Source of the DNA: a bacterium
GTDB taxonomy: Bacteria > UBA8248
Assembly: GCA_965213625.1 (NCBI GenBank)
Contig: CBDBZU010000004.1
Span: forward strand, 224,001 to 288,000
Length of the DNA stretch: 64,000 nt
Direction: 5' to 3'
This document shows, one piece after another, positions 9,851 through 18,173 of this stretch (the first letter of the stretch is position 1; every line of letters begins with the position of its first letter). Under the pieces are notes generated by a model. That model saw only the letters and a program-made list of their open reading frames with translations. It was not told where the DNA came from and did not search any database. Position numbers and translations under genes: made by a program.

Positions 9851-9889
9851 ATGAAAATAGACTGTAGGGACGAGGTGGCTGGAGCCTAG
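9851..9889 (+). CDS. Mini-ORF MKIDCRDEVAGA (12 aa)
   Basis: ATG AAA ATA GAC TGT AGG GAC GAG GTG GCT GGA GCC TAG directly after the extended SD. Confidence 0.5.
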   Translation: MKIDCRDEVAGA

Positions 9890-9964
9890 GGGAGAGAGCC
9901 CTGAGGAGATTCACCGGGTTCATCTTCGCCCAGGCGAATCCCCACCAGGCCACCGAACGATGTG

Positions 9965-9996
9965 AAACCCCGGTCCGCGAGGGCCGGGGTTTTTCA
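9965..9996 (+). terminator. Intrinsic terminator
   Basis: AAACCCCGGTCC-GCGA-GGGCCGGGGTTTTTCA: GC stem, GNRA loop, U tract. Confidence 0.85.
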
Positions 9997-10063
9997 CGTC
10001 ATCTATTAACGAGAAGTCTTCGTCTTTCACATCATCTGTATTCAAGGATAAGGAGCGCGTTTC

Positions 10064-10522
10064 ATGTCGCAGACGAGTTGGACGGTCTATCTCTCTGGAG
10101 AAGTGCACACGGACTGGCGCGAGCGCATCACCGAGGGCGCGGAGAAAGCGGGGCTGCCGGTCACCTTTCTCGCCCCCGTCACGGACCACGACGCGAGCGA
10201 CGATTGCGGCGTGTCGATTCTCGGCGGTGAGGAAAAACCGTTCTGGAAAGACCGCAAGGGCGCGGGCGTGAACGCCATCAGGACGCGCACGCTCATCGAG
10301 AAGGCGGACGTCGTGGTCGTGCGCTTCGGTGAAAAATACAGGCAGTGGAACGCCGCTTTCGACGCGGGCTACGCGGCAGCTCTGGGAAAAGCCCTCATCA
10401 CCCTGCACGATCCGGGCCACACCCACGCGCTCAAGGAAGTCGACGCCTCCGCCATGGCCGTGGCCGAAGAGCCCGAGCAGGTGGTGCGGATTCTGAACTA
10501 CGCCATCAACGGAGCATTGTAG
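10064..10522 (+). CDS. YtoQ-family protein (nucleoside 2-deoxyribosyltransferase-like fold)
   Basis: VYLSGEVHTDWRE, HDASDDCG, VVRFGEKYRQWNAAFDAGYA, HALKEVD; AAGGAG SD. Confidence 0.85.
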   Translation: MSQTSWTVYLSGEVHTDWRERITEGAEKAGLPVTFLAPVTDHDASDDCGVSILGGEEKPFWKDRKGAGVNAIRTRTLIEKADVVVVRFGEKYRQWNAAFDAGYAAALGKALITLHDPGHTHALKEVDASAMAVAEEPEQVVRILNYAINGAL

Positions 10523-10528
10523 CGGGCA

Positions 10529-11530
10529 TCACCTCCCCCGCACCCCGTAGGCTTCGGGATTCACGAGCGTGGAGGGTCGCTCGCCCCGGAAGTACGCGAG
10601 AACGCATTCGGTCGTGTGGTGGAGGGTGTTGCGAATCGCATCCTCGCCACGGCCGCCCAGGTGGGGGGCGAGCACGGCATTCTCGAGCCCGAAGACGGGA
10701 TGATCGTAATCGGGCGGCTCCTCGGGGAACACGTCTATCCCCGCGCCCCGGATGACGCCCTCTTGCAGAGCTTCCGTAACGGCGTCCAGATCGAAGACGG
10801 GACCCCGCGAAGTGTTGAATACGTAGGCGTCGGGCTTCATGAGGCTTAAAATCTCGCGGTTGATGATGTGCGTCGTCTCGGGCGTCAGCGGCACGTGGCA
10901 TGTCAGGTAGTCCGATTCCCTCGCCAGCTCTTCCAGGCTCACGAAGCGCACGCCCAACTTTTTCGCCGTCTCCTCATCTTGCACGATGTCGTGGGCGATC
11001 ACGTTCATGTCGAAGGCGACGGCCCGTTTCGCCACCTGCTTGCCGATGTTCCCGAAGCCCAGTATCCCCATCGTCATACCGTTCAGGGGGCGCATGGGCG
11101 GCTGAATCTCCCGCCAGAGGCCCTTGCGGATGTTCACGTCCAGCCAGCCGATGCGCCGGACGGCGCAAAGCAGCAGGCCGAAGAGGTGCTCCGCCACGGA
11201 CTGCGAGTTCTGCCCCGCCGAGTTCGCGACGAGTATGCCCCGCTCGGTGGCCGCCGGAATGTCGACGTTGTTCAGGCCCACGCCCGCGCGCACGATAATT
11301 TTCACCCCGCGCGCGTTGTCCATCACATTGCTCGTATAAGGCTCCGCCCCTGCGATGACGGCCGTTACGTCCGGCAGGGCCGCGATGACGTCTTCCTCGG
11401 GCATGTAGCCCCGGCACTCGTCCAGGCGTACCTCCAGCCCCTCCTCCACCAGGGGCTGAAAAATCTCCATCGGATCGTCGAAATTCAGGATAAATGGGGT
11501 TCCCACCCAGACCACGGGTCTATCGCTCAT
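10529..11530 (-). CDS. D-isomer-specific 2-hydroxyacid dehydrogenase (phosphoglycerate dehydrogenase-like)
   Basis: GILGFGNIG, HVPLTPET, NTSRG, DVFPEEP, PHLGG. Confidence 0.9.
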   Translation of the reverse strand: MSDRPVVWVGTPFILNFDDPMEIFQPLVEEGLEVRLDECRGYMPEEDVIAALPDVTAVIAGAEPYTSNVMDNARGVKIIVRAGVGLNNVDIPAATERGILVANSAGQNSQSVAEHLFGLLLCAVRRIGWLDVNIRKGLWREIQPPMRPLNGMTMGILGFGNIGKQVAKRAVAFDMNVIAHDIVQDEETAKKLGVRFVSLEELARESDYLTCHVPLTPETTHIINREILSLMKPDAYVFNTSRGPVFDLDAVTEALQEGVIRGAGIDVFPEEPPDYDHPVFGLENAVLAPHLGGRGEDAIRNTLHHTTECVLAYFRGERPSTLVNPEAYGVRGR

Positions 11531-11593
11531 CTGCTTTCATCTCCATTTCATTCGTTCTTTTTATCTAATGAGAAAAATCAGGGTAATTACAGT

Positions 11594-12361
11594 CTATCTA
11601 CCGCGCCATTCGGGCTTTCTCTTCTCTCTGAAGGCGAGTAAACCCTCCTTCGAATCCTCCGTGTTCAGGATGCGGTCCGCCACGTCGCGCGACATATAGA
11701 CCCTGTCCTTATAGCCCAGGTCCTCGCCCCGGCGCGCCGCCTCCTTGATGGCGCAAACCGCCATGGGTGCGGCTTCGAGAATCTCGTGCGCGTAGCGCAC
11801 AGCCGTCGGCAGAAGCGCCTCATGCGGCACCACCTCGGTGGCTATCCCCAGGCGCAGGCACTCATCCGCTGGAATGAACTTGCCGCGCATCAGGTAGCTC
11901 ATCGCCTGCGTCCAGGGAATCGCGTGCGCGCACATGGCGGGGCCGCTGACGGAAGATATTCCCCGGAGCACCTGTGGCCAGCCCATGGATCCGCGTTCCG
12001 AGAAGATCAGGATGTCGGAGTTCAGCGCAAAGCCCGCCCCCTGAGCCAGGCAGGGGCCGTTGATCGCGCAGATGACCGGCTTGTAGAGATAGCGCAGGTA
12101 GAGATAAAGCTCATCGTTCGACATTACATGGGCGTCGTTCTCGGGCATCGTCTCCACGATGTCCTTGCCCGAGCAGAAAACGTCCCCAGCTGCCGTGATG
12201 ATGGCCACCCAGATGTCCGGGTTGTGCTTGATGTCCACGTACGCGTCCTGCACCTCCTTGCGCATGGCGTAGTTGATGGCGTTTTTCTTCTCTGGCCGGT
12301 TCAGTGTGAGATACGCGACGTGGTTCTTCACTTCGTAGGTGGTTGCTTCTCGATTCGCCAT
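11594..12361 (-). CDS. Enoyl-CoA hydratase/isomerase family protein
   Basis: LTLNRPEKKNAIN, FCSGKD, KPVICAINGPC, EDSKEGLLAFREKRKPEW; start moved to MANREA. Confidence 0.9.
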   Translation of the reverse strand: MANREATTYEVKNHVAYLTLNRPEKKNAINYAMRKEVQDAYVDIKHNPDIWVAIITAAGDVFCSGKDIVETMPENDAHVMSNDELYLYLRYLYKPVICAINGPCLAQGAGFALNSDILIFSERGSMGWPQVLRGISSVSGPAMCAHAIPWTQAMSYLMRGKFIPADECLRLGIATEVVPHEALLPTAVRYAHEILEAAPMAVCAIKEAARRGEDLGYKDRVYMSRDVADRILNTEDSKEGLLAFREKRKPEWRGR

Positions 12362-12556
12362 GGCCGGGCTTCCTTTTCTGAATAGTTGCGAGTGCGATGC
12401 CCCTCGCCTCATTGAATTTTCACTAGATGGTCGCGCATTGTACCCAAAACCGACGGAGTGCGCGCTCCTTCGCTCGCAAATTTCCTTAAAGCACAACTTG
12501 TGAGAGACTCACCCCATCGCAAAAAGCAAATCCACCGAACCGATAGGAGAAGCCAC

Positions 12557-14206
12557 ATGCGCGTCGTCGACGTCATCGCCGGAATCCTGAAGCGCGAAGG
12601 GGCGGAACACCTGAACTGCTACCCGACCACCGTCCAGATCGAAGCGGCCGCGGCCATCGGTATCCGGCCCATCGTCTGCCGCCAGGAACGCGTGGGGGTG
12701 GGCATCGCGGACGGCTTCGCCCGCGTCACCAACGGGGCCTCGCCTTCCGTGTTCACCATGCAGTACGGACCGGGGGCGGAAAACGCCTTTCCTGGCATCT
12801 CGACCGCGTATTCGGATTCCACGCCCTTGCTGCTGCTCCCTCTCGGCCACGCCAGGGGGCGCGACCGCGTGTTCCCCATGTTCAGTTCCGTCGACTCCTA
12901 CGCGTCGGTTACGAAATCGGCCGAGCAGATCAACGTGCCCGAACGGGCTGCGGACGCCATGCGGCGCGCCTTTCACGCATTAAAGAACGGACGCCCCGGC
13001 CCCGTGCTCGTCGAGTTGCCCGAAGACGTGGCCGGCGCGGAAGTCTCAGAGGATATGCTTGGCGGCTACACGCCCGTGAAGAGAACGCGCGCCCAGGCGG
13101 ACCCCGAGGACGTGGAGAGCGCAGCCCACGCGCTGCTGGCGGCCGAGCGTCCGGTCCTCCTCGCGGGAGCGGGCGTGCTCTACGCCGGGGCCACCGATGA
13201 GCTGCGCGAACTGGCGGAACTCCTCCAGGTTCCCGTGATGACCACCATGGAGGGCAAAAGCGCGATTTCGGAGAGGAACCACCCCCTCGCCCTCGGCGTG
13301 GGCTCGAGCGTCATGGCGGGTCCCGCCTATCATTTCCTGAAAGATGCAGACCTCGTGTTCGCCGTCGGCACGAGTCTCACCGACCACGGCCTCGCCACGC
13401 GCGTGCCCGGCGGAAAAACCATCATTCACGCGACGAACGACCCCGTCGACATCAACAAGAATTACGCCGCCGATCATCCCGTGCTGGGCGATGCGAAGCT
13501 CGTGCTGCGCCAGTTCATCGACTGCTGCGCCGAGCAAGTAGTGAGCGAGGAAAGGCGTGAGGACATGCAGGCGCAGGTGGCGGAGGCGCGGAAGGCATGG
13601 CTCGATGAATGGGCGCCCAAACTCACATCCGATGGAAAACCCATCAACCCCTACCGCGTAATCTGGGAGTTGATGCAGAACGTGCCGCCCGCGGAGGCCA
13701 TCGTCACCCACGATTCGGGGAACCCGCGATACGAGGTCCTGCCCATGTATCTGTGCGACACGCCGAGGTCATACCTCGGCTGGGGGAAATCACACCAGCT
13801 CGGCACGGGGCTCGGCCTCGCCATGGGCGCGAAACTCGCTGCGCCCGATAAGTTCTGCGTGAACTTCATGGGCGATGCGGCGTTCGGCATGACGGGGCTT
13901 GATTTCGAGACCGCCGTGCGCGAGAACCTGCCCATCTGCACCGTGTTGCTCAAAAACTCCACCATGGCGGTCGAGACCAGTCACATGGCGCTCTCCCACG
14001 AGAAATACGGCACGCGCGACGTGGGCGGCGAATACGCAGACATCGCCAGAGCGCTGGGCGGCTGGGCGAAGCGCGTGGAAGATCCGGCGGAAGTGGGCGC
14101 GGCATTCCTGGAAGCACGGCGAAAGACCGAAGAGGGAACGCCTGCGCTGCTCGAGTTCATCACGAGCGAGGAGATGGGCTACTCCCACCCCCGTCCGTTC
14201 GGGTAG
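12557..14206 (+). CDS. Thiamine-diphosphate-dependent enzyme (acetolactate synthase-like family)
   Basis: AGGAGA SD; RQERVG, GPGAEN, GRPGPVLVELPED, MGDAAFGM...N. Confidence 0.88.
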   Translation: MRVVDVIAGILKREGAEHLNCYPTTVQIEAAAAIGIRPIVCRQERVGVGIADGFARVTNGASPSVFTMQYGPGAENAFPGISTAYSDSTPLLLLPLGHARGRDRVFPMFSSVDSYASVTKSAEQINVPERAADAMRRAFHALKNGRPGPVLVELPEDVAGAEVSEDMLGGYTPVKRTRAQADPEDVESAAHALLAAERPVLLAGAGVLYAGATDELRELAELLQVPVMTTMEGKSAISERNHPLALGVGSSVMAGPAYHFLKDADLVFAVGTSLTDHGLATRVPGGKTIIHATNDPVDINKNYAADHPVLGDAKLVLRQFIDCCAEQVVSEERREDMQAQVAEARKAWLDEWAPKLTSDGKPINPYRVIWELMQNVPPAEAIVTHDSGNPRYEVLPMYLCDTPRSYLGWGKSHQLGTGLGLAMGAKLAAPDKFCVNFMGDAAFGMTGLDFETAVRENLPICTVLLKNSTMAVETSHMALSHEKYGTRDVGGEYADIARALGGWAKRVEDPAEVGAAFLEARRKTEEGTPALLEFITSEEMGYSHPRPFG

Positions 14207-14223
14207 GTTCTAAGAAGCGCGGC

Positions 14224-15213
14224 TTACACCTCGACGACGATCTTGCCCATCTGGGTGTTCGATTCCATGTACTTGTACGCGCCTACGATATCGTCGAGAG
14301 AGAACGTCTTGGCGATGATGGGCTTGAACGCGCTCGATTCCAGGCCGTCATAGATGAATTGCCTCGCCTTCTCTCTTAATTCTTCGTTTCTCGATATTTC
14401 CATGATCGTATAGCCCCTGTATGTAAGTCCCTTTCTGATTGACGCGTACAGGGGCAAAACAGGCGCATCGGGCGAGAGGAGGCCATAGAGGAAAATCGCG
14501 CCCTGGTAGGCGGCCGCATCGGCGAGTTTCGGCAGAAAAGATCCGGCGACGGGGTCGAAAATGACGTCAACGCCTGCGCCTCCCGTGATATCCATCACCG
14601 ACTCCGCCAATTCCTCCTCGTCCGTCACAACGACGCGATCAGCACCAATGTTCAGGAGAAAATCCTTCTTGCCCGCTCCGCGCGTCGTGGCGATGGCCCG
14701 CGCGCCCAATGATTTCACGATCTGGATCGCCGCGACTCCGACGCTGCTGCTCGCCGCCGTGAGCAGGACGTTGTCGCCCTTCTTCACCCGCCCGTATTCG
14801 ACGATGGCGCCGTATGCGGTCATGTAAGCCATCCAGATGGCCGCGGCCTTCACGGACGTCAGGTGGGCAGGATAGCGGGCGGCGGCGAACGCCGGCACGA
14901 CAGCCTGCTCGCCGCACACTCCGTGCTCCACCATCGAAAAACACGGAATCGTGCTCACGCGGTCCCCGACCACAAGGTCCTCCACGCCCGGACCCACGGC
15001 GTCTATCGCCCCGCAAGCCTCGTAGCCAATGCGGGAGGGAAACACGGGTTTGTCGTGGTAGCGCCCCTCGCGGAAAAGAATCTCCGCCCGGTTGATCCCG
15101 AGCGCTTCCACGACGATGCGCACCTCGCCCTCCGCAGGCTCGAGCTCAGGAACCTCCGCCACGCGGAGCACGTCCGCGCCGCCCAATTCGTCAAAAAGAA
15201 CTGCTTTCGGCAT
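14224..15213 (-). CDS. MDR-superfamily NADPH:quinone oxidoreductase-like protein, copy 2
   Basis: GINRAE, PSRIGYEACG, TAASSSVG, GKIVV; tandem paralog of 15292-16281. Confidence 0.9.
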   Translation of the reverse strand: MPKAVLFDELGGADVLRVAEVPELEPAEGEVRIVVEALGINRAEILFREGRYHDKPVFPSRIGYEACGAIDAVGPGVEDLVVGDRVSTIPCFSMVEHGVCGEQAVVPAFAAARYPAHLTSVKAAAIWMAYMTAYGAIVEYGRVKKGDNVLLTAASSSVGVAAIQIVKSLGARAIATTRGAGKKDFLLNIGADRVVVTDEEELAESVMDITGGAGVDVIFDPVAGSFLPKLADAAAYQGAIFLYGLLSPDAPVLPLYASIRKGLTYRGYTIMEISRNEELREKARQFIYDGLESSAFKPIIAKTFSLDDIVGAYKYMESNTQMGKIVVEV

Positions 15214-15291
15214 TCGCTCATCTCCTACGTTTCATACATTCAGCTTCGCATATACTCCCGCGCCCGTCCGTTCGGGCAGATCGGCCTCAGC

Positions 15292-16281
15292 TTACGCCTC
15301 GACGACGATTTTGCCCATCTGGGCGTTCGATTCCATATATTTATGCGCCCCCACCATGTCGTCGAGCGGGAACGTCTTGGCGATGATGGGCTTGAGCGCG
15401 CCCGATTCCAGGCCGTCGTAGATGAATTTCTTCCCCCGCTCTCTTTTTTCCCGAAACTTCGTGATCTCCATGATCGTATAGCATCTGAACTTCAGGCCTT
15501 TCTTGAGAGCCGGAAGCAGGGGTATCACCGCATCCTCGGGCGAGAGGCGGCCATACAGGAAAATCGCGCCCTGGTAGGCGGCCGCTTCGGCTAGTTTCGG
15601 CAAAGACGACCCGACGACGGGGTCGAAGGTGACGTCGGCGCCCGAGCCTCCCGTAATATCCATCACCGATTCAGCCAGATCCTCCTCATCCGTCACGACC
15701 ACGTGGTCCGCGCCCGCGTTCAGGAGGAAATCCTTCTTGCCCGCCCCGCGCGTCGTGGCGATTACGCGTGCGCCGACAGATTTCGCGATCTGAATCGCCG
15801 CGATGCCGACGCTGCTGCTCGCCGCCGTGAGCAGGGCGGTATCGCCCTCCTTTATTCCTCCGAATTCGACGAGCGCTCCGTATGCGGTGAAATACGGCAT
15901 CCAGATGGCCGCGCCCTCAACAGGCGTCAGGTTGTCCGGGTAGCGGGCGGCTGCGAACGCGGGCACGACCGCCTGCTCGCCGCACACCCCGTGCTCCACC
16001 ATCGAGAAACAAGGAATCGTGCTCACGCGGTCCCCGACCGCCAGGTCCTCCACGCCCGGGCCCACGGCGTCTACCGCTCCGCAAGCCTCATAACCGATGC
16101 GGGAGGGGAACTGGGGTTTGTCGTGGTAGCGACCTTCGCGGAACATAATCTCGGCCCGGTTGATCCCGAGCGCTTCCACGGCGATACGCACCTCGCCCTC
16201 CCCGGGCTCGAGGTCAGGCACTTCCGCCACGCGGAGCACGTCCGCGCCTCCTAACTCGTCAAATAGAATCGCTTTCGGCAT
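15292..16281 (-). CDS. MDR-superfamily NADPH:quinone oxidoreductase-like protein, copy 1
   Basis: Same motifs as 14224-15213; start at MPKAILF by homology to the paralog. Confidence 0.9.
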   Translation of the reverse strand: MPKAILFDELGGADVLRVAEVPDLEPGEGEVRIAVEALGINRAEIMFREGRYHDKPQFPSRIGYEACGAVDAVGPGVEDLAVGDRVSTIPCFSMVEHGVCGEQAVVPAFAAARYPDNLTPVEGAAIWMPYFTAYGALVEFGGIKEGDTALLTAASSSVGIAAIQIAKSVGARVIATTRGAGKKDFLLNAGADHVVVTDEEDLAESVMDITGGSGADVTFDPVVGSSLPKLAEAAAYQGAIFLYGRLSPEDAVIPLLPALKKGLKFRCYTIMEITKFREKRERGKKFIYDGLESGALKPIIAKTFPLDDMVGAHKYMESNAQMGKIVVEA

Positions 16282-16305
16282 GTCTTCAATCTCCCCACAT
16301 CTCAT

Positions 16306-17133
16306 CTACAAGGGCGGCCCGATGGGCCACTCGATAATCGTCACCCCCAGAAACCACAGGGGCTCTATCCGGTATACCCACAAGTTCGCCTCCGTGTCCC
16401 CGCTCATGGCGGCGGCGGATATCCACGTCCTGATTTCGTTTCCCCCGTTTCCACCCTCATCGATCTTCGCTTGCGGCCACGCGGCGAGGCCCTTTGCGTC
16501 TGCGCGGCATAGCATGTCGATCACCTCGCGGTCCCACGCCTCGTCAATGGCGCCCTGCTCGGGGGTCCCTATCCAGTGAGAAGGCGCGCCCGTCGCCACC
16601 ACGGCCACGCGCTCGTGTCCCTCATAGCTCTCTATCAATCGCCTGAGCGATACGCCCAGCTCATATGATCGCGCGGCGGGCGGCAGGGGCGGAGCCACCG
16701 TATTTTGAAGGATCGGAACGATGGGAAGACCCGTATCGCCCATGAGCACCAGGGGCGAGACGAAGGAATGATCGAGCGCCAGTTCCCGGCACAACAAGGG
16801 GTCGAAGCCGTTCGCCAGCAACCCGCGCGTAAGGTGAGAGGCCAACTCCTCGGCCCCTTCGTATATGTCGTCCGGCAGATAAGGTTCCGTCTCCACCGGG
16901 CCGAACCGGGGACCCGCGCCGACCGCCAGTGCGGGGTATCTGTCCATGGAAAAGGCGTGCAGATGGTCGTTTCCAAGCAGGACCATCGCCTCGGCCCCTC
17001 TGTCCACGATCTCCCGGGCCATCCGGCGGTAGCCTGAGAATACCTCTTCCCTCACATCTTCCGCGGGCGCGTCATGCCGCAGCAGGAACAGGGGCGTATG
17101 GCTCGCCGCAAAGGCGCCGACAATCTCGGCCAC
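16306..17133 (-). CDS. Class III extradiol ring-cleavage dioxygenase, LigB-like catalytic subunit
   Basis: AASHTP, GNDH, LDHS, PSHW, GNEIRTW metal/catalytic motifs; GTG start just after the ligA-like stop. Confidence 0.85.
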   Translation of the reverse strand: MAEIVGAFAASHTPLFLLRHDAPAEDVREEVFSGYRRMAREIVDRGAEAMVLLGNDHLHAFSMDRYPALAVGAGPRFGPVETEPYLPDDIYEGAEELASHLTRGLLANGFDPLLCRELALDHSFVSPLVLMGDTGLPIVPILQNTVAPPLPPAARSYELGVSLRRLIESYEGHERVAVVATGAPSHWIGTPEQGAIDEAWDREVIDMLCRADAKGLAAWPQAKIDEGGNGGNEIRTWISAAAMSGDTEANLWVYRIEPLWFLGVTIIEWPIGPPL

Positions 17134-17134
17134 G

Positions 17135-17413
17135 CTATACATCCCCCTCATCGGGACGCGGAAAGGAGAGGCCCGCCAGCGCCGCCCGGAAATCCACATC
17201 CGATATGCCTGAGCGCATCTGCAGCACCCGCAGCAGGTAGGGGTTCGCGCCGAAGTTCCACAGCGCGCGCATGTCGGAATCGCGAACCGCCGCAAGTTCG
17301 GCTTCTGTGACGTCAAAGCCACGCGCGTATTCGGGCGGGTCGCGCAGGAACGCCTCGCGCTTATCGAGCGGCTGGATGTCGTGGATCAAGCGGTTCAGGG
17401 ATAGTTTCGGCAT
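17135..17413 (-). CDS. LigA-like small subunit of the extradiol dioxygenase
   Basis: 92 aa; LNRLIHD...AFLRDPPEYARGFDVTEAELAAVRDSD...GANPYLL; coupled to the ligB-like gene. Confidence 0.75.
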   Translation of the reverse strand: MPKLSLNRLIHDIQPLDKREAFLRDPPEYARGFDVTEAELAAVRDSDMRALWNFGANPYLLRVLQMRSGISDVDFRAALAGLSFPRPDEGDV

Positions 17414-17527
17414 GGAGGAAGACTACAGGAGTAGGCCGTGAAAATAAACGGGAATTACATCCATGACTCGACCGTGAGGGAGGAGGGTCTGTACCTGACG
17501 GGGAATGATGGAATCACGCCCCCTTGG

Positions 17528-17546
17528 GGGGCTGTTGAACAACCCG
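17528..17546 (+). repeat. Solo copy of the 19-bp terminal-repeat family
   Basis: GGGGCTGTTGAACAACCCG. Confidence 0.55.
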
Positions 17547-17640
17547 GCATCGGCGGCGGGCGGCATGGAGGCTCACGCGGCGGCGGAGAGGAAGCCCACG
17601 CCGTATCTTCGCCTCGCCCCTGCGGCCCGCCGAGCCTTCC

Positions 17641-17871
17641 TGCGGGCGGTTGCGGGCAAATGCGGGGAGAGCCGCGCAATTCATCGCAAATGCGGGCAAT
17701 TGCGGAGCGCGAAAAAAAATTGCGCTCATATTTGAGTCGCCTGCGCTCAGATATATGAAACAAGTCATTTTATTACAGTGCGTTGCGATATTTTCCCGCT
17801 TTCTTTTTTTATCGAAAAACCCCGTGAATTTATCGATATTTTTCGTATTTTTCGGTATTTTACCGAAATTC
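17641..17871. repeat. Intergenic block of ~10-bp phased repeats (TGCGGGCAAW and ATTTTTCG arrays), homologous to 48872-49190
   Basis: tgcgggcggt-tgcgggcaaa-tgcgggg and tgcgggcaat-tgcgg; TTTATCGAAAAACCCCGTGAATTTATC matches 48886-48912 at 24/27. Confidence 0.6.
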
Positions 17872-18173
17872 GCGGCGCATTCTTCGCGATCGGTCCCCGG
17901 GCGCGAAAGGGCGGTCCTGATCGCCTTCAGAAGGGTTGCCGCCCGAACGGAGCCGGCCGGTCTTCCTTGATGAGGGGCCGGCCGCCGCTTTCCCTTTTTC
18001 GCATTTCTCGCGTCCATGAGAACGTCTCCTCTTCGCTCCTTGGCGGAGATTCTGCCGCACCCCGATGCGGGGCGATAACCGCAAATGCGCGGATATGCGG
18101 AGCCAGGGCGCTCTGGCCGATTCCTCTCGGGCGACGGTATAATCCCGCCATCTCATCGAACGAGGAGTCCGAC

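Larger units (their letters stand above)
9824..9996 (+). ncRNA. Putative structured small RNA carrying a 16-nt complement of the 16S rRNA 3' end and a 12-aa mini-ORF
   Basis: AGAAAGGAGGTGATCC at 9831-9846; predicted three-way junction 9874-9954; own promoter and terminator; no long ORF on the + strand. Confidence 0.65.

Noticed and set aside
9824-9996. tmRNA, 6S, SRP RNA or a riboswitch
   Set aside because: No tRNA-like acceptor/T-arm or CCA, no long 6S-type rod, no SRP GGAA-loop domain and no aptamer consensus that I recognise. An Rfam search is still needed.
17641-17871. CRISPR array or plasmid iterons
   Set aside because: Units are ~10 bp, degenerate and without unique spacers; no cas or rep gene in the window.
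17414-18173. Short ORFs and the 132-aa N-terminal extension of the LVIVD gene
   Set aside because: Low-complexity translations of repeat DNA; a good SD and TATAAT support the start at 18174.
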